Positions 38,906 through 48,291 of a stretch of 64,000 bases of DNA are shown here, one piece after another. Source of the stretch: Acidimicrobiales bacterium (GTDB taxonomy: Bacteria > Actinomycetota > Acidimicrobiia > Acidimicrobiales > AC-14); the NCBI GenBank assembly GCA_038232455.1, contig JBBSHU010000003.1:2912-66911 (forward strand), read 5' to 3'. The notes beneath the pieces were generated by a model. That model made no database searches. It was not told the DNA's origin and worked only from the letters and a program-made list of their open reading frames with translations. Each line of letters opens with the position of its first letter. Positions within the stretch are counted from its first letter, which is position 1. The translations under genes and the position numbers were made by a program.

Positions 38906-40050
38906 GTGAGGTCGACGACGTCCTGGCTGCCCTCGCAGCACCTGGGGCCGAGGACATGGCGCTGGCCACGGTGGTCGGCGTGCAGGGCTCCACGTACCGA
39001 CGCGAGGGGGCACGCCTCGTGATACCCGCGACCGAGGGCGCGACCACGGTGGGCAACATCTCCGGAGGGTGCCTGGAAGGCGACGTGATCCTCGCGGCCC
39101 GGGCGGTTCTCGCGTCGGGGCGCCCGCAACTGCTTCACTTCGATCTCACCGCCGACGACGAGGCGGTCTGGGGGTGGGGCCTCGGCTGCAACGGAGCGAT
39201 CGACGTGTTCGTCGAGCCTGCGGCGCGAGCGGCGCCGTTCGTCACCGCCATGGCCGCGGCCAGGGCCCAGCAGCGGCCCCTGGCTCTGGCCACCGCCATC
39301 ACCGGCCGTGCCGTCGGCTCCCGAATGGTGATCCACGCCGACGGCCGGCGCGAGGGAACGTTCGGCGCCACCGACGACGAGGTGGCGGTCCTCGCTCGAG
39401 AGGCCCTTGCATCCAGGCGTTCGTCCACCACGACCATCGCCGATGGCGCACGCGTGTTCGTGGAGGTCGTCGTCCCGCCCACCAGGTTGGTGGTCTGTGG
39501 CGCCGGCCACGACGCCATACCCCTCGTAGAGTTCGGTGCCCGTCTCGGCTGGCGGGTCGAGGTGGTCGACAACCGTCCGGCGTTGCTGACGGCCGACCGG
39601 TTTCCCCAGGCGGCCCGCTTCGTCCGATGCCCCCCTGTGCAGGCCGCCGGGGAGGTGGGCCCCGACGAACGCACCTGCGTGGTCTTGATGAGCCACAACT
39701 TCCTACGGGACAAGGACTATCTCCAGTCGTTCCTCGGGATATCGCTCGCGTACCTGGGCATTCTCGGCCCCCGGGTACGCCTCGACCGTCTCGTCGCCGA
39801 GCTCCGGGCCGAGGGCGTCGATGTCGATCCAGCCGATCTCGATCGGGTCTACGCCCCGGCCGGGCTTGACATCGGCGCCGAGGGGCCCGAGGAGATCGCC
39901 TGGGCCATCGTCAGCGAGATCCTGTGTGCGGGCAATGGGGCCCCGGCCGGGTCGCTGCGGGACCGACCTGGGCCCATCCATGCCGTAGCCGGGCTTCGTG
40001 TCCAGGGCGTCACAAATACCAACCCGGAGGAGCCCGCCGTTGCGTATTGA
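38902..40050 (+). CDS. XdhC/CoxF-like maturation protein
   Basis: ATGA overlap with the previous gene. LATVVGVQGSTYRREGARLV...GNISGGCLEGDV, VVCGAGHDAIPL and GLDIGAEGPEEIAWAIVSEIL. Confidence 0.85.
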   Translation: MSEVDDVLAALAAPGAEDMALATVVGVQGSTYRREGARLVIPATEGATTVGNISGGCLEGDVILAARAVLASGRPQLLHFDLTADDEAVWGWGLGCNGAIDVFVEPAARAAPFVTAMAAARAQQRPLALATAITGRAVGSRMVIHADGRREGTFGATDDEVAVLAREALASRRSSTTTIADGARVFVEVVVPPTRLVVCGAGHDAIPLVEFGARLGWRVEVVDNRPALLTADRFPQAARFVRCPPVQAAGEVGPDERTCVVLMSHNFLRDKDYLQSFLGISLAYLGILGPRVRLDRLVAELRAEGVDVDPADLDRVYAPAGLDIGAEGPEEIAWAIVSEILCAGNGAPAGSLRDRPGPIHAVAGLRVQGVTNTNPEEPAVAY

Positions 40051-40498
40051 GAACCGTTTCACCGTGAAGCTCCCGGTCGACGAGACCTGGAAGGTGCTGT
40101 TCGACATCGAGGGCATCACTCCGTGCATGCCCGGTGCCGAGATCGACGAGATCACCGACGACGGGATCACCGGCTCGGTCAAAATCAAGCTCGGCGCCAT
40201 CCGCGCCCACTTCAAGGGCACCGTGGCGTTCACCGAGATGAACGAGGAGGCGAACCGCATGGTCCTGCACGCGGTTGGCCGGGAGGCGAAGGGTCTGGGC
40301 AACGCCACCGCCGACGTCACCGTGGTGCTGGCGCCGACCGACTCGGGCACCGACGTGAGCATCGACGCCGAGGTCATGATCACGGGCAAGATCGTCCAGT
40401 ACGGGCGAGGCGTCATCGTCGACGTCTCGGCCAAGCTGATCCGCCAATTCGTCGAGTGTCTCGAGGAAAGGCTGGCAGAAGAATGCAGGAGCGCCTGA
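40040..40498 (+). CDS. coxG: CoxG-like SRPBCC-fold protein
   Basis: TTG 40040 lies 8 nt after ggagga. FTVKLPVDETWKVLFDIEGITPCMPGAE...GSVKIKLGAIRAHFKG is typical of the COXG family. Confidence 0.8.
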   Translation: MRIENRFTVKLPVDETWKVLFDIEGITPCMPGAEIDEITDDGITGSVKIKLGAIRAHFKGTVAFTEMNEEANRMVLHAVGREAKGLGNATADVTVVLAPTDSGTDVSIDAEVMITGKIVQYGRGVIVDVSAKLIRQFVECLEERLAEECRSA

Positions 40499-41109
40499 TC
40501 GGCGATCCGTCGGTGGTCGTGGGCATCGTCCTCGGGGCCGGGGCCTCGAAGCGGCTCGGTCGGCCCAAGCAGACTCTGCCCTTCGGTGATACGACCTTGT
40601 TGGGCTGGACCCTGCGCAATGTCGAGGCGTCGGCCGTCGATCGGGTGGTTCTCGTGATCGGTGGAGCAGCCGACGACGTGCTGGTTGGCCTGGCGCCGGC
40701 CCGGGCAGAGGTCGTCCGCAGCGACGCCTACGCCACGGGGTGCGCGTCGTCCCTTCTTGCCGGCCTAAAAGCCGCCGGGGCCTGTGACGCGGTGATGCTC
40801 CTCCTCGGTGACATGCCCGGCGTGGACGCAGCGACGATCGACGAGGTGCGTACCGACTGGATTCACCGCCGGTCGTGGGGGGCGGTGACGAACTACCAGG
40901 GGGCTCTGGGCCACCCGTTCATATTCGGCGCCGAAGCCTTCGGAGCCCTGCGTGACCTTCACGGCGACAAGGCGGTCTGGAAGCTCCTCGAGGAACACCC
41001 CGACTTCGTGCGCACTATCCCCGTCGACCGGGTCCTGCCACTCGACGTGGACACGTGGGACGACTATGAAGCAATACTCAGAAACGTGCTAGACCGTCCG
41101 CTTCGGTGA
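40483..41109 (+). CDS. mocA: MobA-like nucleotidyltransferase (molybdenum cofactor cytidylyltransferase, MocA-like)
   Basis: GIVLGAGASKRLGRPKQTLPF...LLGDMPGV, the NTP_transf_3 pattern. Position next to CODH maturation genes. Confidence 0.75.
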   Translation: MQERLIGDPSVVVGIVLGAGASKRLGRPKQTLPFGDTTLLGWTLRNVEASAVDRVVLVIGGAADDVLVGLAPARAEVVRSDAYATGCASSLLAGLKAAGACDAVMLLLGDMPGVDAATIDEVRTDWIHRRSWGAVTNYQGALGHPFIFGAEAFGALRDLHGDKAVWKLLEEHPDFVRTIPVDRVLPLDVDTWDDYEAILRNVLDRPLR

Positions 41110-42152
41110 CCGAGCATCCCGATGCTCAGGAAGCGGCCGCGAACATGACCGTATCGGACACATTGGGCCGGCCGGTCCGGGACCTCCGCATCTCGGTCAC
41201 CGACCGATGCAATTTCCGCTGCACGTACTGCATGCCCAAGGAGATCTTTCACCGCGACTACGAGTTCCTGGCCCGGGAAGCGCTGCTCAGCTTCGAGGAG
41301 ATCGACCGGGTGGCCCGCTCGTTCGTGCGTCATGGCGTACGCAAGCTTCGCCTCACGGGTGGGGAGCCGCTCCTGCGCAAAGGAATTGAGGCGCTCATCG
41401 CCAAGCTGGTCGGGATTCCCGATCTCGACGACCTTACGCTGACTACCAACGGCGCATTGCTGGGCCGCAAAGCCCAGGATCTGGCCGCGGCCGGGCTTCG
41501 CCGGGTCACCGTGAGCCTCGACTCGATGGACGACGCCGTGTTCTCGGCCATGAACGAAGTGAGCTTCGGGGTGCGGGCGGTGCTCGAGGGGATCGCCGCT
41601 GCCGCCCAAGCCGGCCTCACCCCCATCAAGATCAACATGGTGGTGAAGCGGGGGGTCAACGAACGTTCGATCCTCGACATGGCCCGGCATTTCAAAGGCT
41701 CCGGGCACACCCTGCGATTTATCGAGTACATGGACGTCGGCACGACCAATGGCTGGCGACTCGACGAGGTGATCCCGGCCCGGGCCATCGTCGAGGCGCT
41801 GGACCGAGAGTTCGGAATAGAACCGCTGGACTCTTCCTACCGGGGCGAAGTGGCCCAGCGGTGGCGTTATCGAGACGGCACGGGGGAGGTGGGCGTCATC
41901 GCCTCGGTCACCGAACCGTTCTGCGGTGACTGCACCCGGGCTCGCCTGTCGGCCGAAGGTGTCGTCTACACCTGCCTATTTGCTACGCACGGGACCGACC
42001 TGCGCCAGGTAGTGCGGGCAGGTGCGAGCGCCGCGGTACTCGACGAAGCGGTGTCCGGGCTGTGGAGGAGCCGTGCCGACCGGTACTCCGAGACCAGGTC
42101 GTCACAGACCTGCGGCATCGACAAGGTCGAGATGAGCTACCTCGGTGGCTGA
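41106..42152 (+). CDS. moaA: GTP 3',8-cyclase (radical SAM)
   Basis: GTGA overlap with mocA. LRISVTDRCNFRCTYCMP (CxxxCxxC), LRLTGGEPLL, and C-terminal CGDCTRARLSAEG. Confidence 0.95.
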   Translation: MTEHPDAQEAAANMTVSDTLGRPVRDLRISVTDRCNFRCTYCMPKEIFHRDYEFLAREALLSFEEIDRVARSFVRHGVRKLRLTGGEPLLRKGIEALIAKLVGIPDLDDLTLTTNGALLGRKAQDLAAAGLRRVTVSLDSMDDAVFSAMNEVSFGVRAVLEGIAAAAQAGLTPIKINMVVKRGVNERSILDMARHFKGSGHTLRFIEYMDVGTTNGWRLDEVIPARAIVEALDREFGIEPLDSSYRGEVAQRWRYRDGTGEVGVIASVTEPFCGDCTRARLSAEGVVYTCLFATHGTDLRQVVRAGASAAVLDEAVSGLWRSRADRYSETRSSQTCGIDKVEMSYLGG

Positions 42153-42224
42153 CCAGCGGGGGACCGGTTCGACATGGCGCCACCGGGATAGTTCCCACTC
42201 GGGCGGAGGTATCGTTCCCCCCGA

Positions 42225-43754
42225 ATGCGAATCGCCGCCTTCGACCTGGGGACCAACTCGTTCCACCTCCTTGTCGTCGACGCGCATCCCGACGGAACCT
42301 TCGCCCCCCTCGTGCGGGAGAAGGAGATGCTGCGACTCGGCGACGTCGTCAGCCACGAGGGTCGGATCAGCGAGGCGGCCATGGCGCGCGCGGTCAACAC
42401 CGTGCGTCGGTTCCGCACCCAGGCCGAGGGAGTCGACAGCGACGACGTGGTGGCTTGTGCCACCAGCGCCATTCGCGAGGCCGACAACGGTGGCGAGCTG
42501 GTGGACCGGATCAAGTCGGAGGCCGGCGTCCGGGTCACGGTGATCAGCGGTATCGAAGAGGCCCGGCTGATCTTCGAGGCCATCCGGGCCAGTGTCGTCA
42601 TCGACCCGGGACCGGCCCTGTGCCTCGACCTCGGCGGCGGGAGCCTGGAGCTCATGGTCGGCGACACGTTGGGCCTGCGTTGGGCGTCGAGCGTGAAGCT
42701 GGGTGCGGCCCGACTCACCGCCGAGCTGGTGGGTGCCGACCCGCTGTCGGACGAGGACGTTCGGCGGCTCAGGGAGCGCGTCACTTCGATCCTGGCGCCA
42801 CTGGCTGACGAGGTCGTCCCCCTGCACCCGACCATGGCGGTGGGCACGAGCGGCACGTTCATGGCTCTGGCCCGGATGGTGGCAGCTCGGCGCCCGGGCG
42901 GCATCCCCACCTCCGTCAACCAGCTCAGCTTCAGCCGCGACGAGCTCCTGGCCGTCCACGACCAGATCATCAGGCTGTCGGCCGCCGACCGGGCCCGCCT
43001 GCCCGGCCTCGACGCCCGCCGGGCCGACATCATCCCCGCCGGGTCGGTGCTGCTGGTCACCGCCATGGAGCTGTTCGGCTTCGACGAGCTCACCGTGAGC
43101 GAGTGGGCGTTGCGCGAGGGCATCGTCCTCGACAGCATCAAGCGCCATGACGACGCCGACTGGAGCGGCGACCCACGGGCTATCCGCCTTTCGTCGGTGT
43201 TACGGCTGGCTCGGGGCTGCAACTGGGACGAGGGCCACAGTCGCCAGGTGACCCGGCTGGCCCTCGACCTGTTCGATCACACGCTGACCCTGCACGGTCT
43301 CACCGCGGCCGACCGGGAGCTTCTCGAGCACGCCAGCCTGCTGCACGACATCGGCGAACACGTCGCCACCGAGTCCCACCACAAGCACACCGCCTACCTG
43401 GTCCAGCACGGCCGACTGCGGGGGTTCTCGCCCGACGAGGTCACCGAAGTGGCGACCCTGGCGCGCTATCACCGCGGTGGGGATCCCCGACCTTCGTCGG
43501 ACGGCATGGCCGGCGTGGCCGCCACCCGCCGCGACAGCGTGTCCCGACTGGCCGCCCTGTTGCGGGTCGCCGACGGACTGGACCGGCGCCGGGCTGCGGC
43601 GGTCGGCGGGATCGAGGTGGACCTTGACATCACGCGGGTGCGGATACACGTGCGCTCCGACGACGACATCGACGTCGACCTGTGGGGCGGCCGCCGCAAG
43701 CGCGAGCTCTTCGAGCGTCTCTTCGACCGCCGCCTGGAGCTCGTCCGCGGTTGA
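42225..43754 (+). CDS. ppx: Ppx/GppA-family phosphatase with C-terminal HD domain
   Basis: IAAFDLGTNSFHLLV, ATSAIREA, LDLGGGSLEL and HD region LLHDIGEHV...HHKH. Confidence 0.9.
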   Translation: MRIAAFDLGTNSFHLLVVDAHPDGTFAPLVREKEMLRLGDVVSHEGRISEAAMARAVNTVRRFRTQAEGVDSDDVVACATSAIREADNGGELVDRIKSEAGVRVTVISGIEEARLIFEAIRASVVIDPGPALCLDLGGGSLELMVGDTLGLRWASSVKLGAARLTAELVGADPLSDEDVRRLRERVTSILAPLADEVVPLHPTMAVGTSGTFMALARMVAARRPGGIPTSVNQLSFSRDELLAVHDQIIRLSAADRARLPGLDARRADIIPAGSVLLVTAMELFGFDELTVSEWALREGIVLDSIKRHDDADWSGDPRAIRLSSVLRLARGCNWDEGHSRQVTRLALDLFDHTLTLHGLTAADRELLEHASLLHDIGEHVATESHHKHTAYLVQHGRLRGFSPDEVTEVATLARYHRGGDPRPSSDGMAGVAATRRDSVSRLAALLRVADGLDRRRAAAVGGIEVDLDITRVRIHVRSDDDIDVDLWGGRRKRELFERLFDRRLELVRG

Positions 43755-43788
43755 CGGCTCCAAAGACGCAGGCCGGACCTACGATCGG

Positions 43789-45033
43789 ATGATCAGCGAG
43801 CCCCGGAGCGACGCGGAAGGAGGCTGGCAGCCTCTGCGCCGGTCGCCCCGGCCCCGGGCCCGGATCAGTGGGACGCCCTTCGCCCGCTTGGCCACGGCCC
43901 ATGTGCTGGCCATTGCCGGGGACACGCTCGTCACCATGGCCCTGGCCGGGTCGCTGTTCTTCTCCATCTCCCCCGGGGCAGCCAAGAACCGGGTGGCGTT
44001 GTACCTGCTGCTGACGATGGCGCCCTTCGCAGTGGTGGCCCCCCTGCTGGGCCCCGTCCTCGACCGCAGCCGCCGCGGGCGGCGCATGATGCTGATCGCC
44101 TGCAACGCGGGGCGGGCGGTGGTCTGCCTCTTCATGGCCCGCCACGTCCAGGGTCTCCTGCTGTTCCCCGAGGCGTTCGTCGTGCTCGTGCTGTCGAAGG
44201 CCTACTCGGTCACCAAGAGCGCCCTCGTGCCCAACACCGTGGCCGACGAGCACGGCCTGGTCGAGGCCAACTCCCGCCTGGCCGTGCTCGGCGTGGTCGC
44301 AGGCTTCGTCGCGGCCGTTCCCGGCCTCGCTGTCCTCAAGATCGGTTTCCTCGGCGCTCCGTGGGTCCTGCGTCTGTCGACGGTGGCTTTCGCCGGTGCC
44401 GCTGTAGCCGGCTTCCGCCTGGTGCGACCGCCCGGCGGCGGCGCCCCCCTGGTCAGCGTGGCCGAGGAGAAGGCCGAGCTACGGGCCGCCACCATCCGCC
44501 TCTCGGTGGCGGCCATGGCTGCGCTGCGGGCGGCCGTCGGGTTCCTGGTCTTCCTCACCGCCTTCGCCCTCCGCCGTGACGGGGCCCCGGCATGGTGGTT
44601 CGGCGTGGTGATCGGCGCCAGCATGGCGGGCTCGTTCGTGGGTGCCGCGGTGGCGCCGCGCCTGCGCAAGGAGGTTGCCGAGGAGCGGATCCTCGCCGCC
44701 TCGTTGTTGGCGGTCGCCGCCGTCGGTCTGGTGGCCGCCTATGTGGGCGGACGGGCCAGCATTGCCGCCCTCGCCGCCGTGCTCGGCGCCGGAGCAGGGG
44801 CGGGCAAGCTGGCGTTCGACAGCATCGTGCAGCGCGACGCCCCTGATGCCGTTCGGGGCCGGACCTTCGCTCGTTTCGAGACGCGCTTCCAGCTCGTCTG
44901 GGTGATCGGCGCGGCCATCCCCGTCGTCATCCCCGTGCCCAGCCGGTGGGGGATGGCGCTCATCGCTGTGGGGTGCGGGGCGGCATTGGTGGTGTACGAG
45001 GCCGGCCTGCGCGCCGTCCGCGGCAGCGAATAG
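43789..45033 (+). CDS. MFS transporter
   Basis: ATG 43789 within ORF 43477..45033. About 11-12 TM segments, with a LDRSRRGRRMM loop between TM2 and TM3, as in MFS. Confidence 0.75.
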   Translation: MISEPRSDAEGGWQPLRRSPRPRARISGTPFARLATAHVLAIAGDTLVTMALAGSLFFSISPGAAKNRVALYLLLTMAPFAVVAPLLGPVLDRSRRGRRMMLIACNAGRAVVCLFMARHVQGLLLFPEAFVVLVLSKAYSVTKSALVPNTVADEHGLVEANSRLAVLGVVAGFVAAVPGLAVLKIGFLGAPWVLRLSTVAFAGAAVAGFRLVRPPGGGAPLVSVAEEKAELRAATIRLSVAAMAALRAAVGFLVFLTAFALRRDGAPAWWFGVVIGASMAGSFVGAAVAPRLRKEVAEERILAASLLAVAAVGLVAAYVGGRASIAALAAVLGAGAGAGKLAFDSIVQRDAPDAVRGRTFARFETRFQLVWVIGAAIPVVIPVPSRWGMALIAVGCGAALVVYEAGLRAVRGSE

Positions 45034-45039
45034 CTCCGG

Positions 45040-46230
45040 CTACTCCTCTGTCGTGGGTTCCTCGTCGGGTATGTCGATGCGAGCCAGCCATAGGCCGGGG
45101 GCGTCGAGCTCGGCCGGCGTGGGCAGCTCCCGCTCGCTGTGCCACAGACGGCGCAGGCCCTCCTCGCCGGCCCGGTCGACCACCCCCTCGGAAAACGCCG
45201 CCCCCCGCTCGTAGTCGGCCCGTTCGAGGCCCAGGCCCACCAGCCGACCGGCGAAGCGGTCACCTTCGGACGGTTCGACCCGACGCCGGCGCATGGCCTC
45301 GGTCACCATGCTGTAGGCGCCGACCAGGCCGTGTCCGACCTCGTCCATCACGTGGTCGACGTAGCCGGTGATGGCCATGGTGAGCACGGCGATGCGGCTG
45401 AGCACCTCGCGCTGGGCATCGGTTTGGACCGCGCCCAGGAGGGTCTCGGGGTTGCCCAGCACGCTCTGGAGGGCCTGGGGGTCGGTGGGGTCGAGGTCGC
45501 CGAAGCTGTGCTCCACGGCGTCGGGGTCGACCTCGAAGCGGCTCACGTACTCGTCGACCAAGCCGTGCAGGCGGGCCCGGACGTGCGGTCGCCCCAGCAC
45601 CGCGTGGGTGGTGACCTCGCGGATGCAGACCCACATGCGCAGGTCGGCGGCGGGCAGGCTCCACTCAGTGGCGAAGGCGTCGAGGTTGGCGGAGACCACG
45701 AGAAGCTGATCGGCGGGGGTGCGGGGAAGGGGCAGGTCGTACTGGCCCATCGACCGCCGGGCCAGGTGACCCACCATGTAGCCCGACTGCACGCCGAGCA
45801 GGACGGGCACGAGGATCTTGCCCAGGTCACCGAGCAGGGCGGTGGCCGGGTCGGGCTCCACCCCCGGCTGGCCGGACTGGGCCAGCGCCGCGGCCAGGTG
45901 CTCGAGGAACGGCCGGTAGGCCTCCATGCTGTGCAGGGCCCAATCGCCCTTGGTGACGGGGAGGATACTGAGCACGCCCCCGGCGACCGAGGTGGACAGG
46001 CCGGTGGCTTCGCCGACGTGGAGATCGGCGGCCCGGAGCACTTCCTCCATGCGCATGCGCTCGAGGGGCTCGACGTTGGGCTCGGAGGTCCCGTCGGTGG
46101 CGATCCACTGGGCGGTCTGGCGGGCCACGTCCCAGTTGACCGGGCCCTGGCCACCGAACCAGCGAGCCAGGTCGCCGAACATCGGCCACCCTTCGAAGGG
46201 GTTCGTGCCCCCCGGCGGCTCACTGCTCAC
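45040..46230 (-). CDS. DUF2342/TIGR03624-like putative zinc-metalloprotease family protein
   Basis: GQGPVNWDVARQTAQWIA... N-terminus and overall length match the family. The expected HExxH position reads IREVTTH, so catalytic competence is doubtful. Confidence 0.65.
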   Translation of the reverse strand: MSSEPPGGTNPFEGWPMFGDLARWFGGQGPVNWDVARQTAQWIATDGTSEPNVEPLERMRMEEVLRAADLHVGEATGLSTSVAGGVLSILPVTKGDWALHSMEAYRPFLEHLAAALAQSGQPGVEPDPATALLGDLGKILVPVLLGVQSGYMVGHLARRSMGQYDLPLPRTPADQLLVVSANLDAFATEWSLPAADLRMWVCIREVTTHAVLGRPHVRARLHGLVDEYVSRFEVDPDAVEHSFGDLDPTDPQALQSVLGNPETLLGAVQTDAQREVLSRIAVLTMAITGYVDHVMDEVGHGLVGAYSMVTEAMRRRRVEPSEGDRFAGRLVGLGLERADYERGAAFSEGVVDRAGEEGLRRLWHSERELPTPAELDAPGLWLARIDIPDEEPTTEE

Positions 46231-46284
46231 GACACGAATGCTACGTCGTCTGCCGCCTGTCGGTGGACGGGCCGCCGACGGCCG

Positions 46285-47523
46285 TCACGACGACGCCGGT
46301 CGCTCGACGAGGGTGATGGCTGCGGTGCGCGTGCGATGGTCACGGACGACTTTGAGGACGACCGAGTCGCCGGGGGCATGGGACCGCAAGACCATGACCA
46401 GGTCGCCCATGGACGCCACGGCGTGGCCGTCGACGGCCACGATCACGTCGCGCGTGGCCAGGCCACCCCGCTGGGCCGGGCTGGCGTCGGTGACCACCGC
46501 CACCATGGCCCCGCCCTCGACGTTGAGGTCGAGAGCGGTGGCGGCGTCGAGATCACCACCCTCGATGCCGAGCCACGAATGCACCACCTTGCCCGTGCGG
46601 ATGAGCTCGTCGGCCACCGATCGGGCCACGTCGATGGTGGTGGCGAACCCGAACCCGGCGCCGACGGGATCGCCGGACTCGACCGAGGTGGTGATCCCGA
46701 TCACTGCGCCGTTGGCGTCGAGCAGGGCGCCTCCCGACGAGGCCGGGGCGATGGGTGCGTCGGTCTGGATCATGTCGACGAGGGCGGTACGGGCCTGGTT
46801 GGTGGCCCCGGTCGTCACCAACTGGCGATGGAGGGCGCTGACCACCCCGCCCGAGACCGACGGGCCCCCGGCCAGGCCGAGAGGGAAGCCCATGGCCATC
46901 GCCGTCTGCCCCACCCGCAGGTCGACAGCGGTGCCCAGGGTGGCCACCGGGAAGGGGCCTCCGTCGAGCTTGACGACGGCGGTATCGGTCTCCGGGTCGG
47001 TTCCGACGAGGTGGGCCCCCAACTCCTGGCCGTTCGCCATGGCCACCCTGATCACCGTGGCGCTCTCGACCACGTGGGCGTTGGTCAGGACATGGCCGTC
47101 GCTGCGGAAGACCACCCCCGAGCCGGTGGTCGATCGGTCGGCGGCCTGGACCTTGAGCTGGACGATGGCGGGACGGAGACGCTCGGCTATGTCGACCACG
47201 GGCGACGAAGACACCGTGGATGCGGTTCGGGGCCGCACTATCTGTCGCTCCACCGCCACGTCGGACGACGTCGACCGGCTCCGTGTGCCCACCAGGGCCA
47301 CGACCAGGCCGGTGGAGACGAGGCTGGCGACCACCGCCGACACCCCGGCCACGGCCCAGGTGGGTGGGCGTCCCGAGGGCCGTTTCGGGCTCTTGGTCCC
47401 GAGGGGGGCGCCGGAGGCCGGTTGGCCGACGGCCATCTCCGACGGGTGCCGCCACAACCGGTCGTCGGGTGCAGGTGCCTCCCGGAACGCCGAGGGGTCG
47501 TCTTCGGGATCGACGAGCTCCAT
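46285..47523 (-). CDS. HtrA/PepD-type S1C serine protease with PDZ domain
   Basis: Start at MELVDPEDD (47523). TM anchor, catalytic triad contexts LTNAHVV, DTAVVKL and PASSGGALLD, and a C-terminal PDZ (GGLATRDVIVAVDGH). Confidence 0.85.
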   Translation of the reverse strand: MELVDPEDDPSAFREAPAPDDRLWRHPSEMAVGQPASGAPLGTKSPKRPSGRPPTWAVAGVSAVVASLVSTGLVVALVGTRSRSTSSDVAVERQIVRPRTASTVSSSPVVDIAERLRPAIVQLKVQAADRSTTGSGVVFRSDGHVLTNAHVVESATVIRVAMANGQELGAHLVGTDPETDTAVVKLDGGPFPVATLGTAVDLRVGQTAMAMGFPLGLAGGPSVSGGVVSALHRQLVTTGATNQARTALVDMIQTDAPIAPASSGGALLDANGAVIGITTSVESGDPVGAGFGFATTIDVARSVADELIRTGKVVHSWLGIEGGDLDAATALDLNVEGGAMVAVVTDASPAQRGGLATRDVIVAVDGHAVASMGDLVMVLRSHAPGDSVVLKVVRDHRTRTAAITLVERPASS

Positions 47524-47632
47524 GGCGCGGCAGGTTACCGGCAGAGGCACTGATTTCTCTTTCAGGGTCGAAACCAGGACCCTCACCGAGCCCCGGGATC
47601 AGAAATCTGGATCCCCGGTAACATTTGGCACT

Positions 47633-48097
47633 GTGTCCACGCACTGCCCCGAGGGCGACGACTGGGTCGCGCTCGGCACCGAGCCCCTTGCCGTGCCCGC
47701 CGCCATGGAGTGGGCGGTTCGGCCTCACTGCGGGGCCGTGGTCGTGTTCACCGGAGTGGTCCGAGATCACGCCGAAGGCAGGACCAACGTGACCGCCTTG
47801 ACCTACGAGGCCTATGAAACCGAGGTCGAGCCCCGACTGTCGGCCATCGTCGCCGAAGCCCGTCGGCGCTGGCCCGACGTCGGGCGCCTCGCCCTCCTCC
47901 ATCGCACCGGGCGCCTGGTCGTCGGAGAGGCGTCCGTCGTGGTCGTGGCCTCGGCCCCGCACCGCGACGATGCCTTCGAGGCGGCCAGGTGGTGCATCGA
48001 CACGCTCAAGACCACCGTGCCGATCTGGAAGCGGGAGACCTGGGAGGGCGGCGACGACTGGTCGACGTGTTCCCACTCCGTCGCCGAGGTGACATGA
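47633..48097 (+). CDS. moaE: molybdopterin synthase catalytic subunit
   Basis: GTG 47633. GAVVVFTGVVRD, LTYEAYETE, HRTGRLVVGEASVVVVASAPHRDDAFEAARWCIDTLKTTVPIWKRE. Confidence 0.9.
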   Translation: MSTHCPEGDDWVALGTEPLAVPAAMEWAVRPHCGAVVVFTGVVRDHAEGRTNVTALTYEAYETEVEPRLSAIVAEARRRWPDVGRLALLHRTGRLVVGEASVVVVASAPHRDDAFEAARWCIDTLKTTVPIWKRETWEGGDDWSTCSHSVAEVT

Positions 48098-48291
48098 AGA
48101 ACCTTCTCTATCTGGGCATCGCCTTGGGCATCAGCCTCATCGGTTGCCTGGTGTTGTGGGCGCGTACCCGCCGCCCGCGCTCGATGGAGCACAGCATGAA
48201 GGAGTTCAGCAAGGAGCTGGGTGCCCTCGCCCCCTCCGAGCCCCCGGCGCCACCGCAGCCATTCCGGCCAAGGGGCCGTAACCCTGGCTAG
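48094..48291 (+). CDS. small single-TM protein
   Basis: ATGA overlap with the moaE stop. MKNLLYLGIALGISLIGCLVLWARTRRPR, then a Pro-rich tail. Confidence 0.45.
   Translation: MKNLLYLGIALGISLIGCLVLWARTRRPRSMEHSMKEFSKELGALAPSEPPAPPQPFRPRGRNPG

Noticed and set aside
42174-42191. Mini-ORF ATG-GCG-CCA-CCG-GGA-TAG (MAPPG, an EF-P-type PPG stall motif) upstream of ppx as a possible regulatory leader peptide
   Set aside because: It has no SD, only 5 codons, and the sequence is better explained as a short copy of the sixA 3'-end core. It is kept only as a remote possibility.
45139-48097. 804-aa and 723-aa plus-strand ORFs (45139..47553, 45926..48097)
   Set aside because: They are antisense to the DUF2342-like and HtrA-like genes. 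Only the last 465 nt of the second ORF (moaE, from GTG 47633) carry a real protein signature.
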